A stretch of 64,000 nucleotides of DNA from Elusimicrobia bacterium RIFOXYA12_FULL_51_18. Its GTDB lineage: Bacteria > Elusimicrobiota > Elusimicrobia > Elusimicrobiales > UBA9959. A program made the position numbers and the translations under genes. Below are positions 44,329 through 53,724 of this stretch, one piece after another (the stretch's first letter is position 1; each line of letters opens with the position of its first letter). The stretch lies in assembly GCA_001800245.1 (NCBI GenBank), contig MGVA01000043.1, positions 93,098-157,097 of the forward strand, in the 5' to 3' direction. The notes below the pieces were generated by a model. That model made no database searches, was not told the DNA's origin, and saw nothing but the letters and a program-made list of their open reading frames with translations.

Positions 44329-45639
44329 ATGAACGACGAGGCGAAAGTTGGGGTATTCGTTTTAATAGGATTGGCCCTGTTCGGGACGGCCATATTCCTC
44401 CTGGGGGATTATTCCTTCCGGACCTATTATACGCTGTATGTCGAATTTAAGGACGTCGCAGGCCTGCCGGATAAATCCGTGGTCAAGCTTTCCGGAGTGG
44501 CGGTGGGAAAGATCAAAAAGATCTATCTTAAAGACGATCATGTCCGTGTTCAGATAGACGTGCAGGACGGAGTAAGGATCTACAGGGATTCAAGATTTCT
44601 GATCGGTTCAACCAGTCTTATAGGTTCCAAATTTCTGGAGATAGATCAGGGCGGTTCGGCCTCCGGAGTCATAGAGCCGGGCGATGTGGTAAAAGGTTCG
44701 GACGTCCTCCCCATAGACCGGGCTATGGCCAAAGCGGTGGAGGAGGTACAGGGGCTTATCAGGGACCTCAGAGGCGACGGCAGCATGACAAAGGACCTGA
44801 AAAGCATCCTCTCAAATCTTAGGGAAGTGACCGACGGCCTGAGTAAGGTGGTTACCACTTCGCAGCCGCATGCCGAGAAGGCTATGGCGCGTCTGGACGG
44901 CATCACCGAGAAGCTCGACAGCATCCTGGCCAAAGCCGATACGCTGATGATTAAACTAAACAACGAAGAAGGCGTGGCCGGCGCGCTGGTGTCGGATAAA
45001 CAGATGAAGGAGAATGTTGCCGCCACCCTGAATAATCTCAAGGACGCCACCGCCTCCGCAAAGGACGTTCTGGGGCACATCAACGGCTTTAAAACTTACT
45101 GGAACATTCAGACCAAATACGAACCGCTCGCGCACGGCTCCAAGAGCGACCTGGGAGTGAAGATCTATCCCCGCGAAGGCCGCTATTACTATTTAGGCGG
45201 GTCCAATATCATGAATACGAAGGATCAGTCGCGGGGCGTCAGCTACGAAACCCCCAACACTATCGACGCCCATCTGGGCTGGGATGTGAAGGGTTTTGAG
45301 TTCTATGGCGGCGCTTTGCGCGGTACCGGCGGCGTCGGAGTTAAGTACCGGCCTTTTCATTACGATCCGAAATGGGACAAGGTCCGGTTTCTCCTGGAAG
45401 CTTCGGATTTTTCGCGGCGCCGCGACGTCAGGGGGCGTTTCTTCGACGAACCCCGTTATGATCTGGGCGTGGAATTTATCCTCAACCGCTATGTCGCCGC
45501 CGGCATGCGCGTGAACGACCTGCGGGAAGTAAAGCGGGTGAACTATACCGCTCATGTAATGTTCGAGGATAAGGATATCTCTTATCTTTTGGGCCTGGCG
45601 TCATTAAGTTCGGTCGGCTCCAAGGGCTCGTCTAAGTAA
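44329..45639 (+). CDS. mlaD: extended MlaD (MCE domain + helical region + beta-rich C-terminal domain)
   Basis: N-terminal TM + MCE 'VKLSGVAVGKIKKIYL'; coiled-coil-like middle; C-terminal 190 or so aa of alternating-pattern strands. Confidence 0.7.
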   Translation: MNDEAKVGVFVLIGLALFGTAIFLLGDYSFRTYYTLYVEFKDVAGLPDKSVVKLSGVAVGKIKKIYLKDDHVRVQIDVQDGVRIYRDSRFLIGSTSLIGSKFLEIDQGGSASGVIEPGDVVKGSDVLPIDRAMAKAVEEVQGLIRDLRGDGSMTKDLKSILSNLREVTDGLSKVVTTSQPHAEKAMARLDGITEKLDSILAKADTLMIKLNNEEGVAGALVSDKQMKENVAATLNNLKDATASAKDVLGHINGFKTYWNIQTKYEPLAHGSKSDLGVKIYPREGRYYYLGGSNIMNTKDQSRGVSYETPNTIDAHLGWDVKGFEFYGGALRGTGGVGVKYRPFHYDPKWDKVRFLLEASDFSRRRDVRGRFFDEPRYDLGVEFILNRYVAAGMRVNDLREVKRVNYTAHVMFEDKDISYLLGLASLSSVGSKGSSK

Positions 45640-45724
45640 GAATGCGAAGAGATGTGAAGTAATAGAGCAGGCAACCCGGTATATTTTTATCGTCTAAACT
45701 CCTGATATCCGAGCCGCGCGCATT

Positions 45725-47128
45725 ATGCCCAGATTGAAAACAATTTACCGGTGCCAGGAATGCGGGCAAGCTTCGTCTAAATGGATAGGGCAATGTCCGG
45801 CCTGCGGCCAATGGAACACTTTTGTGGAGGAAGCTGAAGAAGCGTCGTCCAGGGCGTCTTCCAAGTCCAAGGCTCTCACCGAATTTACCTCGGAGCCCGT
45901 ACGGCTCTCGGATTCGGAGAGTATCGAGCCCCGCTATATTTCCACCGGCATCGAGGAATTCGACCGGGCGCTGGGAGGCGGGATCATAGAGGGGCAGGTG
46001 CTGCTGCTGGCGGGCCCGCCCGGCATAGGCAAGTCCACCATTATGATGGAAGTGTCCAAGGCCATGGCCTCTGCGGCGCTGAAAGATTCCAAAGTGCTTT
46101 ATGTTTCCGGAGAGGAATCTCTGGCGCAGGTGGGCTCCAGGGCCCGCAGGCTGGGCGCCAGAGACGCCAATATTTATTTGCTTTCGGAGAACAACCTGGC
46201 TAAAGTCATAGACGCGTTCAATAAGATAAAGCCGGGACTGCTGGTTATAGACTCCATCCAGACCGCTTATCATCCCGAGTTCATGGGCAGCCCCGGTTCG
46301 GTGGGACAGATCCGGGAGTGCGCTTCTGAGCTGCTTAAGATCGCCAAGTCAAAAGGCGTGCCGCTGTTCCTGCTGGGGCATATTACCAAGGACGGCGCGC
46401 TTGCCGGCCCCAAGGTGCTGGAACATATCGTGGATACGGTGCTCTATTTCGACGCCGAGAAGAACAATATTTACCGGATCCTCCGGCCGCACAAGAACAG
46501 GTTCGGGCCTGTCAGCGAGATCGGGATCTTTGAGATGACGGAAAAAGGACTTGTCTCGGTAAAGGATTCAAGCGAGATCATGGCCAATACCGACCGCGGG
46601 CGCGCGCTGGCCGGCAGGGCTTTCTCCATAGCTTTCGAGGGATCCCGTCCGATGCTGGCCGAGATCCAGGTCCTGGTGTCCAGGTCTTATTATCCTTACC
46701 CCCGCCGCACGGTGACCGGGCTGGACCTGAACCGCACCCAGGTATTGATAGCCGCCGTGGAAAAGAACGCCGGTCTGCGGCTGGACACCATGGACGTTTT
46801 CGCCAGCCTTCAGGGCGGCATAAAGTTAAAGGATCCGGCGCTGGACCTGGCGTTCTGCGCGGCGCTCATCAGTTCCGCCAAAGACCTGGAACTCGCGCCG
46901 GATACGATCTTTCTGGGAGAGGTCGGGATCCTGGCCCAAACTTCGTCCACCGCTTTTATGGCGCGCCGGCTTTTGGAAGCCGAACGTCTTGGATTCAGGA
47001 GGGCTTATACTCCGCGCGCGGCTGTCAAGAAAGAACCGCTTAAGCTCAAAGAACTGGAAGTTGTGCCGGTGGCGGATATAGCCGAACTGTGTTCCGCCCT
47101 GGTTAAAACAAAAATGGCGAAAAAATAA
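45725..47128 (+). CDS. radA: DNA repair protein RadA
   Basis: Zinc finger 'CQECGQ...CPACGQW', Walker A 'GPPGIGKST', 'KNRFGPV', Lon-like C-terminus. Confidence 0.95.
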   Translation: MPRLKTIYRCQECGQASSKWIGQCPACGQWNTFVEEAEEASSRASSKSKALTEFTSEPVRLSDSESIEPRYISTGIEEFDRALGGGIIEGQVLLLAGPPGIGKSTIMMEVSKAMASAALKDSKVLYVSGEESLAQVGSRARRLGARDANIYLLSENNLAKVIDAFNKIKPGLLVIDSIQTAYHPEFMGSPGSVGQIRECASELLKIAKSKGVPLFLLGHITKDGALAGPKVLEHIVDTVLYFDAEKNNIYRILRPHKNRFGPVSEIGIFEMTEKGLVSVKDSSEIMANTDRGRALAGRAFSIAFEGSRPMLAEIQVLVSRSYYPYPRRTVTGLDLNRTQVLIAAVEKNAGLRLDTMDVFASLQGGIKLKDPALDLAFCAALISSAKDLELAPDTIFLGEVGILAQTSSTAFMARRLLEAERLGFRRAYTPRAAVKKEPLKLKELEVVPVADIAELCSALVKTKMAKK

Positions 47129-47192
47129 AATTGCGATGCGGAAATCCGCCCAGCGCATTCAGCGCTGGGTGCGACAAAGAAGGAGAAATACA

Positions 47193-48185
47193 ATGATAGG
47201 ATGGATCTTCAGAACTATAGCCGTGCTGGGTACTCCGGCGCTTACTTACTACACCGTCTCAAGAGATATGAAAGGTCTGGCGCTCGGGTTTATAATCGGG
47301 TTGGTCATAATAGGAGTGGAATACGTGCTTGAAAGCGTGAGCCTGTTTTCGCTCATAGTGGGCATTATAGGCGCGGTGGTCGGCATCATAGTTTCCAAGC
47401 TCCTGGATTATACCGTCTTTCAGGTGGGGGACGCTAACTTCAGCGACATGTGGCTTAAATACAATATCATCATCCGCTATGCCCTGGCGCTTTTGGGCGT
47501 GATGATAAGCGTCAAGAAGATTCCGGAGCTGGACGATCTGGATAAAAATATACTGTCGGTCGGCAAGCGGCAGGGCAGGAACATGAAGGTGCTGGACCTC
47601 TCGGTCATAGTTGACGGCCGCATTATGGATATCTGCGAGACCCACTTCATAAACGGCAGCGTGGTCACGCCCCGTTTCATCGTCCAGGAACTTCATAATC
47701 TTGCCGAGTCTCCGGAGCATATCCAGCGCGCCAAAGGGCGCAGAGGGCTGGATATCCTGGCCCGCCTGCAGGAATCAAAAGTCGTATCTTTCAAGGTTCT
47801 GGACCGCGATATCGCGGATATTAAAGAGAACACCGCCAAACTGGTCCGTATCGCCAAGGAACTGGGCGCCTGTATCGTCACTACGGATTTTAATATCAAC
47901 AAACTGGCCGCGCTTGAGAACGTCACGGCCCTTAACATCCATGACCTGTCGATAGCGCTCAAACCCGTGGTGCTGCCCGGCGAGGATATGCCTATTTTTA
48001 TTATGAAGGACGGCAAGGAAAAGGAGCAGGGGGTCGGGTATCTGGACGACGGAACCATGATCGTTGTGGAGGATGGGCGCGAATTTATCGGGAAAAAAGT
48101 GGACGCAGTGGTCCAATCAATTCTGCAAACTTCGCAGGGCCGGATCATTTTCACGCGCGTAAAGAATGTAAAACCGGTTCAGTAA
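47193..48185 (+). CDS. PIN/TRAM-domain membrane-anchored protein (YacL-like)
   Basis: N-terminal TM helices, PIN core 'VLDLSVIVDGRI', C-terminal TRAM 'GKKVDAVVQSILQTSQGRIIF'. Confidence 0.8.
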   Translation: MIGWIFRTIAVLGTPALTYYTVSRDMKGLALGFIIGLVIIGVEYVLESVSLFSLIVGIIGAVVGIIVSKLLDYTVFQVGDANFSDMWLKYNIIIRYALALLGVMISVKKIPELDDLDKNILSVGKRQGRNMKVLDLSVIVDGRIMDICETHFINGSVVTPRFIVQELHNLAESPEHIQRAKGRRGLDILARLQESKVVSFKVLDRDIADIKENTAKLVRIAKELGACIVTTDFNINKLAALENVTALNIHDLSIALKPVVLPGEDMPIFIMKDGKEKEQGVGYLDDGTMIVVEDGREFIGKKVDAVVQSILQTSQGRIIFTRVKNVKPVQ

Positions 48186-48198
48186 CACGGCAACTCCT

Positions 48199-49386
48199 AT
48201 GGGTGTTAAAGAGATCGGGATCCCGAAACACAGCGCCGCAATTATCCTGGCCGGAGGGCGGGGTAAGAGAATGGGGCGGGAAAAACAATATCTGGAGCTG
48301 GCCGGAAGGCCGATGCTGGAATGGGCCGCCGAAGCTTTTTCCGGCCCGGGCGGGTTCGAGGAGCTGGTCGTGGTCCTGAACCCGGAAAATCTGGCCCGGC
48401 ACGGCCGCGAGTGGAAAGCCCGCGGCTTTAAAACCGCGCCGGCGGGCCCGACCAGGATGGCTTCTTTGAGGAACGGTTTTAAGACCCTGTCCCGCGCGAT
48501 AGAGCTGGTGGCGGTTCATGACGGGGCCAGGCCCCTGGTCAGCGCGCGCGTGGTGGCCGGGACCTTGAGGAGGGCGGGGGTGTCCGGAGCCGCCGTGCCC
48601 GCCGTACCCCTTAAGGATACGATTAAACGGGTCTCGGCGGACGGCGCTTTTTTTGAAGAGACGCTGGACCGCTCCCGCCTGATGGCGGCGCAGACTCCCC
48701 AGTGCTACAGAAAGGAAACCCTCGCGCGTGTTCTGCGTACGGCCCGCGCCGGGACGGATTACAGCGATGAGTCGCAGGTGCTTGAGAAACTCGGGATCAG
48801 GCCCGCGGTGGTGTTGTCGGACTATCGGAACATAAAGGTTACCACTCCCGAAGACCTTGTTATAGCAGAGGCGTTTATGAAAGAAAATAAAAACAATAAA
48901 GCGGCCGTGCCGAAGATACGGTTCGGTTTCGGGTACGACATTCACCGGCTGGTGGAAGGGCGGCCCCTGATACTTGGGGGGATAAAGATAGAACATCCCA
49001 AAGGGCTGCTGGGGCATTCCGACGGCGACGTTGTACTGCACGCTATCTGTGACGCCCTGCTGGGTTCGGTGGCCGCCGGTGAAATAGGCATATATTTCCC
49101 GCCCACAGACCTTACCATCATGGGGCTTTCAAGCTCCACCATCGCCGAAAAAGTTTTGGACATACTGAAGCAGAAAAAAGCCTCCATAGTGAATCTGGAC
49201 GCCACCATTGTGGCGGAAGAGCCGAAGCTTAAACCCCATTACGAGAACATCCGCAGATCCGTGGCCCGCATCTTGAATTTGGACCTCGATACCGTGAGCG
49301 TCAAGGCTAAAAGCCGCGAGGGGTTGGGCGAAGTCGGCCGCGGCGACGCCATAGTCTGCTATGCCGTGGTCGGCGTGGCGCAGTAA
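48199..49386 (+). CDS. ispDF: bifunctional IspD/IspF (MEP cytidylyltransferase / MEcPP synthase)
   Basis: 'AIILAGGRGKRMG' (IspD) and 'GYDIHRL...HSDGDVVLHA' (IspF). Confidence 0.9.
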   Translation: MGVKEIGIPKHSAAIILAGGRGKRMGREKQYLELAGRPMLEWAAEAFSGPGGFEELVVVLNPENLARHGREWKARGFKTAPAGPTRMASLRNGFKTLSRAIELVAVHDGARPLVSARVVAGTLRRAGVSGAAVPAVPLKDTIKRVSADGAFFEETLDRSRLMAAQTPQCYRKETLARVLRTARAGTDYSDESQVLEKLGIRPAVVLSDYRNIKVTTPEDLVIAEAFMKENKNNKAAVPKIRFGFGYDIHRLVEGRPLILGGIKIEHPKGLLGHSDGDVVLHAICDALLGSVAAGEIGIYFPPTDLTIMGLSSSTIAEKVLDILKQKKASIVNLDATIVAEEPKLKPHYENIRRSVARILNLDLDTVSVKAKSREGLGEVGRGDAIVCYAVVGVAQ

Positions 49387-49397
49387 ATAAACCTTTA

Positions 49398-49790
49398 ATG
49401 AAAAAAATATTTTTTACCGCCGCCGCGCTTATCTTTCTTTGGGGCTGCGCCGGTCCGAAAGGCCCCGGCGCGCCTTCCACGCGCCGTGGGGCGGTGGTGT
49501 ATTCCAGCCGGACTTACGCTCTGGGTAAGATCCCGGACCAGGAGCGCGAGCAGGCTTTTCAGGACCTCCTGGCTGCGGCCCAGGCGGTGGCACTCAGTAA
49601 ACACGGCGGCGCTTCGGAGATAGGCTTTTCCTATTCTCTGGCGCCCAAAGGCGCGGTCTATCCTTTTTCGGAAGTGGAAGTTTCCTGCCTGATGCAGAAG
49701 GCCGACGCTTCACAGGGCGAAAAACTCTGCTCTGATTTTTTTAACGCGGTAAGTTCGGGACTTAAGAGCGTTATCACCGAGTCTAAATAA
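49398..49790 (+). CDS. small lipoprotein, unknown function
   Basis: Lipobox 'LIFLWGCAG'. Confidence 0.5.
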   Translation: MKKIFFTAAALIFLWGCAGPKGPGAPSTRRGAVVYSSRTYALGKIPDQEREQAFQDLLAAAQAVALSKHGGASEIGFSYSLAPKGAVYPFSEVEVSCLMQKADASQGEKLCSDFFNAVSSGLKSVITESK

Positions 49791-49805
49791 TTAAGGACGA
49801 TTGAA

Positions 49806-51215
49806 ATGCGACTCCAGCTTTATAACACTCTAGGTGGAAAAAAAGAAGAATTTCATCCGCTTGAAGCCGGCAAGGCGGGCGTTTATACCTGCGGCCCCAC
49901 GGTTTATCATTACGCGCATATCGGCAATATGCGCACCTATATCGTAGAGGACGGACTGGTCCGCGCCTTGAAATTTTTCGGTTTCAGCGTAAAACGCGTC
50001 ATGAATATTACCGATGTCGGGCACCTTACTTCCGACGCCGACACCGGCGAGGACAAGATGGAGATCGGGGCCAGGCGCGAAGGCAAATCCGCATGGGATA
50101 TAGCCAGGTTTTACACCGAGGCTTTTTTTAAGGATTATAAGGCGCTTAACTGCCTGATGCCGGATGTCCTGTGCCCCGCAACCGGATATATAAAAGAAAT
50201 GATAGACCTGGTGCTGGTGCTTGATAAAAAAGGCTTCACCTACCGCATAGGCGACGGAATATATTTCGACACCGCCAAATTTCCGGAGTATGGTAAGCTG
50301 GCCGGCAAAAGCCATGTGGAGGGGCTGAGGGAAGGCGCGCGCGTTGAGGCCAATCCCGAAAAGCGCAACCCGGCCGACTTCGCGCTATGGAAATTATCCG
50401 CGTCCGGAGAGAAACGTCAGATGGAATGGGATTCCCCCTGGGGCGTCGGTTTCCCGGGCTGGCATCTGGAATGCTCGGCTATGGCGATGAAACATTTGGG
50501 CGAGACGATAGACATCCACTGCGGAGGGGAAGACCATGTGGCCATCCATCATACCAACGAGATAGCACAGTCGGAAGGCGCCACCGGCAAACCATTCGCC
50601 AATTATTGGCTGCACGCCAGGTTCCTTGTGATGGGCGACGCCGGTAAAATGTCCAAGTCCGCCGGCGGATTTATAACCACCTCCACTCTGCCGGAGAAAG
50701 GGTACGATCCGCTGGCCTACCGCTATTACTGCCTGCTCACGCATTACCGTAAACAACTGGAATTCACCTGGGATGGTGTTGCCGCCGCGGCCCGCGGGTT
50801 GGACGGATTGCGTTCCATGATCGCCCGGCTTTTGGAAGAGTCGGCTCTTAAGAAGGCGCACCGGCCGGATAAGAACGCGGCCTATTACCTCAAGTTCTCG
50901 GAAGCGCTGGCGGATGACCTTAATATGCCCCAGGCTCTGGCGACTATCTGGGAAGTCCTGCGCGATACCGCGCTCCCTTCTGAAGAGAAACTTGGTTTCG
51001 TTCTGGCCGCCGACGAGGTGCTGGGGCTGGATCTTAAACGGGCCCCGGCCGAGGACGTTCTGCCGCCGGAACTGATGTCCATGGTGGAGGAGCGCCAGCA
51101 GGCGCGGACGAACAGGGATTTTAAAAAATCCGACGAACTGCGCAAGGCCCTTCTTGAAAAAGGGGTATCGGTGGAAGATACGCCTAAAGGCGTACGCTGG
51201 AAACTTGTAAAGTGA
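49806..51215 (+). CDS. cysS: cysteine--tRNA ligase
   Basis: 'HIGNMRTY' (HIGH), 'GKMSKSAGG' (KMSKS), 'GWHLECS'. Confidence 0.95.
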   Translation: MRLQLYNTLGGKKEEFHPLEAGKAGVYTCGPTVYHYAHIGNMRTYIVEDGLVRALKFFGFSVKRVMNITDVGHLTSDADTGEDKMEIGARREGKSAWDIARFYTEAFFKDYKALNCLMPDVLCPATGYIKEMIDLVLVLDKKGFTYRIGDGIYFDTAKFPEYGKLAGKSHVEGLREGARVEANPEKRNPADFALWKLSASGEKRQMEWDSPWGVGFPGWHLECSAMAMKHLGETIDIHCGGEDHVAIHHTNEIAQSEGATGKPFANYWLHARFLVMGDAGKMSKSAGGFITTSTLPEKGYDPLAYRYYCLLTHYRKQLEFTWDGVAAAARGLDGLRSMIARLLEESALKKAHRPDKNAAYYLKFSEALADDLNMPQALATIWEVLRDTALPSEEKLGFVLAADEVLGLDLKRAPAEDVLPPELMSMVEERQQARTNRDFKKSDELRKALLEKGVSVEDTPKGVRWKLVK

Positions 51216-51247
51216 AATTTTTGTAAATATCTCGAAAGGAGATCCCT

Positions 51248-52312
51248 ATGAAAAGGACACTGGAGATGACCAGGGTGAACGCGAATTGGGGGGAGTTTTA
51301 CAAAAAAGATATTTCGGAAAAGCTGCCGTTCTTCACCAAAGAGGGCCGCCTTTACGATTGCCTGTTCGCGCAGCAGTTCAACCGGCGGCTCCTGACTCAT
51401 CTTTTTAAGACCGCCGACGCCTTGAGAGACATCACACAGAACAAAGAGGGCATGGATTATGCCGGCGGCCTGCTGTCCCATATAAGGGCCATGCTTTATT
51501 TCGTTCAGCCGTCCACCAGAACCTTCCTTTCCTTTCTGAACGCCTGTCACATCCTTGGCATCAGGACTTCCGAGATCCGCGACACCTCCACCTCTTCAGA
51601 AGTTAAAGGAGAAAGTCCGGAAGACACCGTGCGCACTTTCTCAAGCTATGTGGACATGATCATCATGCGCCACCCGACCCCCGGTTTCGTTGAAAAAACA
51701 GCCTGGCTTATGAACCGCACCGACCGCCCAGTCCCCATTATAAACGGCGGTTCGGGCAAGGACCAGCATCCCACCCAGGCGCTGCTGGACACTTATACGC
51801 TTTACCGCAGTTTCAACGGAGACATGGATAATAAAAAAATAGTAATGGTGGGGGATCTGAAACGGGGCAGGACCGTGCGTTCGCTGACCTATCTGATGAG
51901 AAATTTTAAGAACATCTCGCTGGTTTTTGTTTCGCCCGAACAGTTCCGCATGGAACCGGACATCCTGGAATTTTTGAAACGCCACAACATGCCTTTCATG
52001 GAAACCGCGGATTTTATGTCCGTTATGGGCGAGGCCGACGCCATCTATATGACCCGCATCCAGGACGAACACGACAATGCCGGTGAGTCGAAAAAAGTGG
52101 ATTATTCGCCTTTTCACTTCAAGGCGGAGCACCTGAAACTGATAAAGAAGACCTGCGTGATCATGCATCCCCTGCCGCGGCGGCACGAAATAGAAGTTAC
52201 AGTTGACGAAGATCCGCGCGCCGTCTTCTGGCGCCAGGAGCGCAACGGCATGTGGGCCAGGGCCGCGCTCATGGCCTATATATTCGACGTGGATAAGAAG
52301 ATAAAATATTGA
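51248..52312 (+). CDS. aspartate carbamoyltransferase-like protein with N-terminal extension
   Basis: 'PSTRTFLSF', 'IIMRHP', 'HPTQALLD', 'VGDLKRGRTVRS', 'MHPLPRRHEI'. Confidence 0.65.
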   Translation: MKRTLEMTRVNANWGEFYKKDISEKLPFFTKEGRLYDCLFAQQFNRRLLTHLFKTADALRDITQNKEGMDYAGGLLSHIRAMLYFVQPSTRTFLSFLNACHILGIRTSEIRDTSTSSEVKGESPEDTVRTFSSYVDMIIMRHPTPGFVEKTAWLMNRTDRPVPIINGGSGKDQHPTQALLDTYTLYRSFNGDMDNKKIVMVGDLKRGRTVRSLTYLMRNFKNISLVFVSPEQFRMEPDILEFLKRHNMPFMETADFMSVMGEADAIYMTRIQDEHDNAGESKKVDYSPFHFKAEHLKLIKKTCVIMHPLPRRHEIEVTVDEDPRAVFWRQERNGMWARAALMAYIFDVDKKIKY

Positions 52313-52428
52313 AGTTAAATCTCCTTTCACGCAGCAGGTTTAGGAATTTTGCGGAGGGGACAGGTCCCTTGACAACTAGTGGTTGGGGGGATATACTTTC
52401 ATTAGAAGGGAAACGGTAAGGGGGAGTT

Positions 52429-53175
52429 ATGGCCAACTCTAAAAAATATATGCTCGCCGCCGTAATAGTAACAGCGGTGGGATTTGCTTATACCACGAGT
52501 TCGCGCCGGAATATTCCTTCGGATTTTAGGGATTCGGTATTTGGCGAACTTGGGGGCACTTCGGATGCCCAGGTACCTATACCGTCACCGTCTCCGGTTC
52601 CCGAACGCTCGGTATCGGCGCGTGTGTCAAAAACTGAGTATGCCAATGCATCCTCTATAGCCCTTAAGATGGCAAATTATGTGCGCGGGGTATATCTCTC
52701 CAAAGGTGAAGATGTTTTGAGAAAGGGGAAGGTGGTCCACCAAAAGGCTATCTTTGACGATTATGATGCGGCCCGGGATTTTGCACAGGGGCATTCCGAA
52801 TTGATTCAATGGGCTCTTGACGCCAATTGGGAAAAAGGGATCTTTACTAAAGAAGATACTGTGACGGATGCGATGTCGTTAGTGGGTCTGACATATGATC
52901 CGCAAAAAAGAGGCGTGCGTGCGGCGGGAGCTGCTACAGAACGGGAACGTGCCTGTACCATAGCATTAAAACTTGCAAACTATGCCAAAGGTGTATATGT
53001 GGAGAAATTCTTTGATAATTATGATCAAGCCGGAAAATTCACATTTGGAACCACAAATGAAAATTACAGCCTTGTACGGGACAGGTTATTCCAATATTTG
53101 AAGCAGGATCAAATAGCTGTTGACCGAGCTCTTAAATATCTTGAGGGGCGGTCAAAGTCAGGCAATCGGTTCTAA
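52429..53175 (+). CDS. membrane-anchored hypothetical protein with two internal repeats
   Basis: N-terminal TM 'YMLAAVIVTAVGFAY'; repeated 'IALK[ML]ANY[VA][RK]GVY...F[DF]D[NY]YD[AQ]A' blocks. Confidence 0.5.
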   Translation: MANSKKYMLAAVIVTAVGFAYTTSSRRNIPSDFRDSVFGELGGTSDAQVPIPSPSPVPERSVSARVSKTEYANASSIALKMANYVRGVYLSKGEDVLRKGKVVHQKAIFDDYDAARDFAQGHSELIQWALDANWEKGIFTKEDTVTDAMSLVGLTYDPQKRGVRAAGAATERERACTIALKLANYAKGVYVEKFFDNYDQAGKFTFGTTNENYSLVRDRLFQYLKQDQIAVDRALKYLEGRSKSGNRF

Positions 53176-53494
53176 AGATTATCCGTTTCCGCCAAGACCC
53201 TCTGGACTCTCTTGTTATGTGGGGGAAACAGAATCCTGTACTTTATTATCCGCCGATTTCCCAATAAAAATCGGCTTTAACCATAGGACTTAGACTAATT
53301 TTCACTATAATTCCAGACAAGCAAATCCTCTCCCGGCGCTAACCGCCCTCGCTCCCACCGCCCAAGGAATAAAAAGCCGGCCTTTTCAGCCGGTTTTTAA
53401 CTCTGGAGCGGGCGACGTAAGAGCATAAGGAGTAATTCCCATCGCCCGCATAAATATAAAATGGCTATCCTTTTGGATAGCCTTAAATTTAAAA

Positions 53495-53565
53495 AGCGGG
53501 CGATGGGAATCGAACCCACATCTCAACCTTGGCAAGGTCGTGTACTACCACTGTACGACGCCCGC
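53495..53565 (-). tRNA. tRNA-Gly (anticodon GCC)
   Basis: Minus strand GCGGGCG...CTTGCCAAG...GGTTCGATTCCCAT-CGCCCGC-T; cloverleaf arms present, CCA not encoded. Confidence 0.9.
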
Positions 53566-53724
53566 ATTATTGCCTATGAACCCTTATACTTTATATTTTA
53601 GCAAAGAAATCCGGATTTTTCCAATACATAGGTTTTAATTTTATAAAATTAAAATCGTAATCCGAAAAACTCGCCTGTCAGTTAAGCGTAATTTCGCCGG
53701 ACGGGCTAAGGATAAAAATTTGAA

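Noticed and set aside
53404-53449. A second tRNA gene or tRNA pseudogene next to tRNA-Gly
   Set aside because: Only the acceptor stem is tRNA-like; no D, anticodon or T arms can be drawn. The 5' half is antisense to the genuine tRNA 3' end. I report it as an oddity, not as a tRNA.
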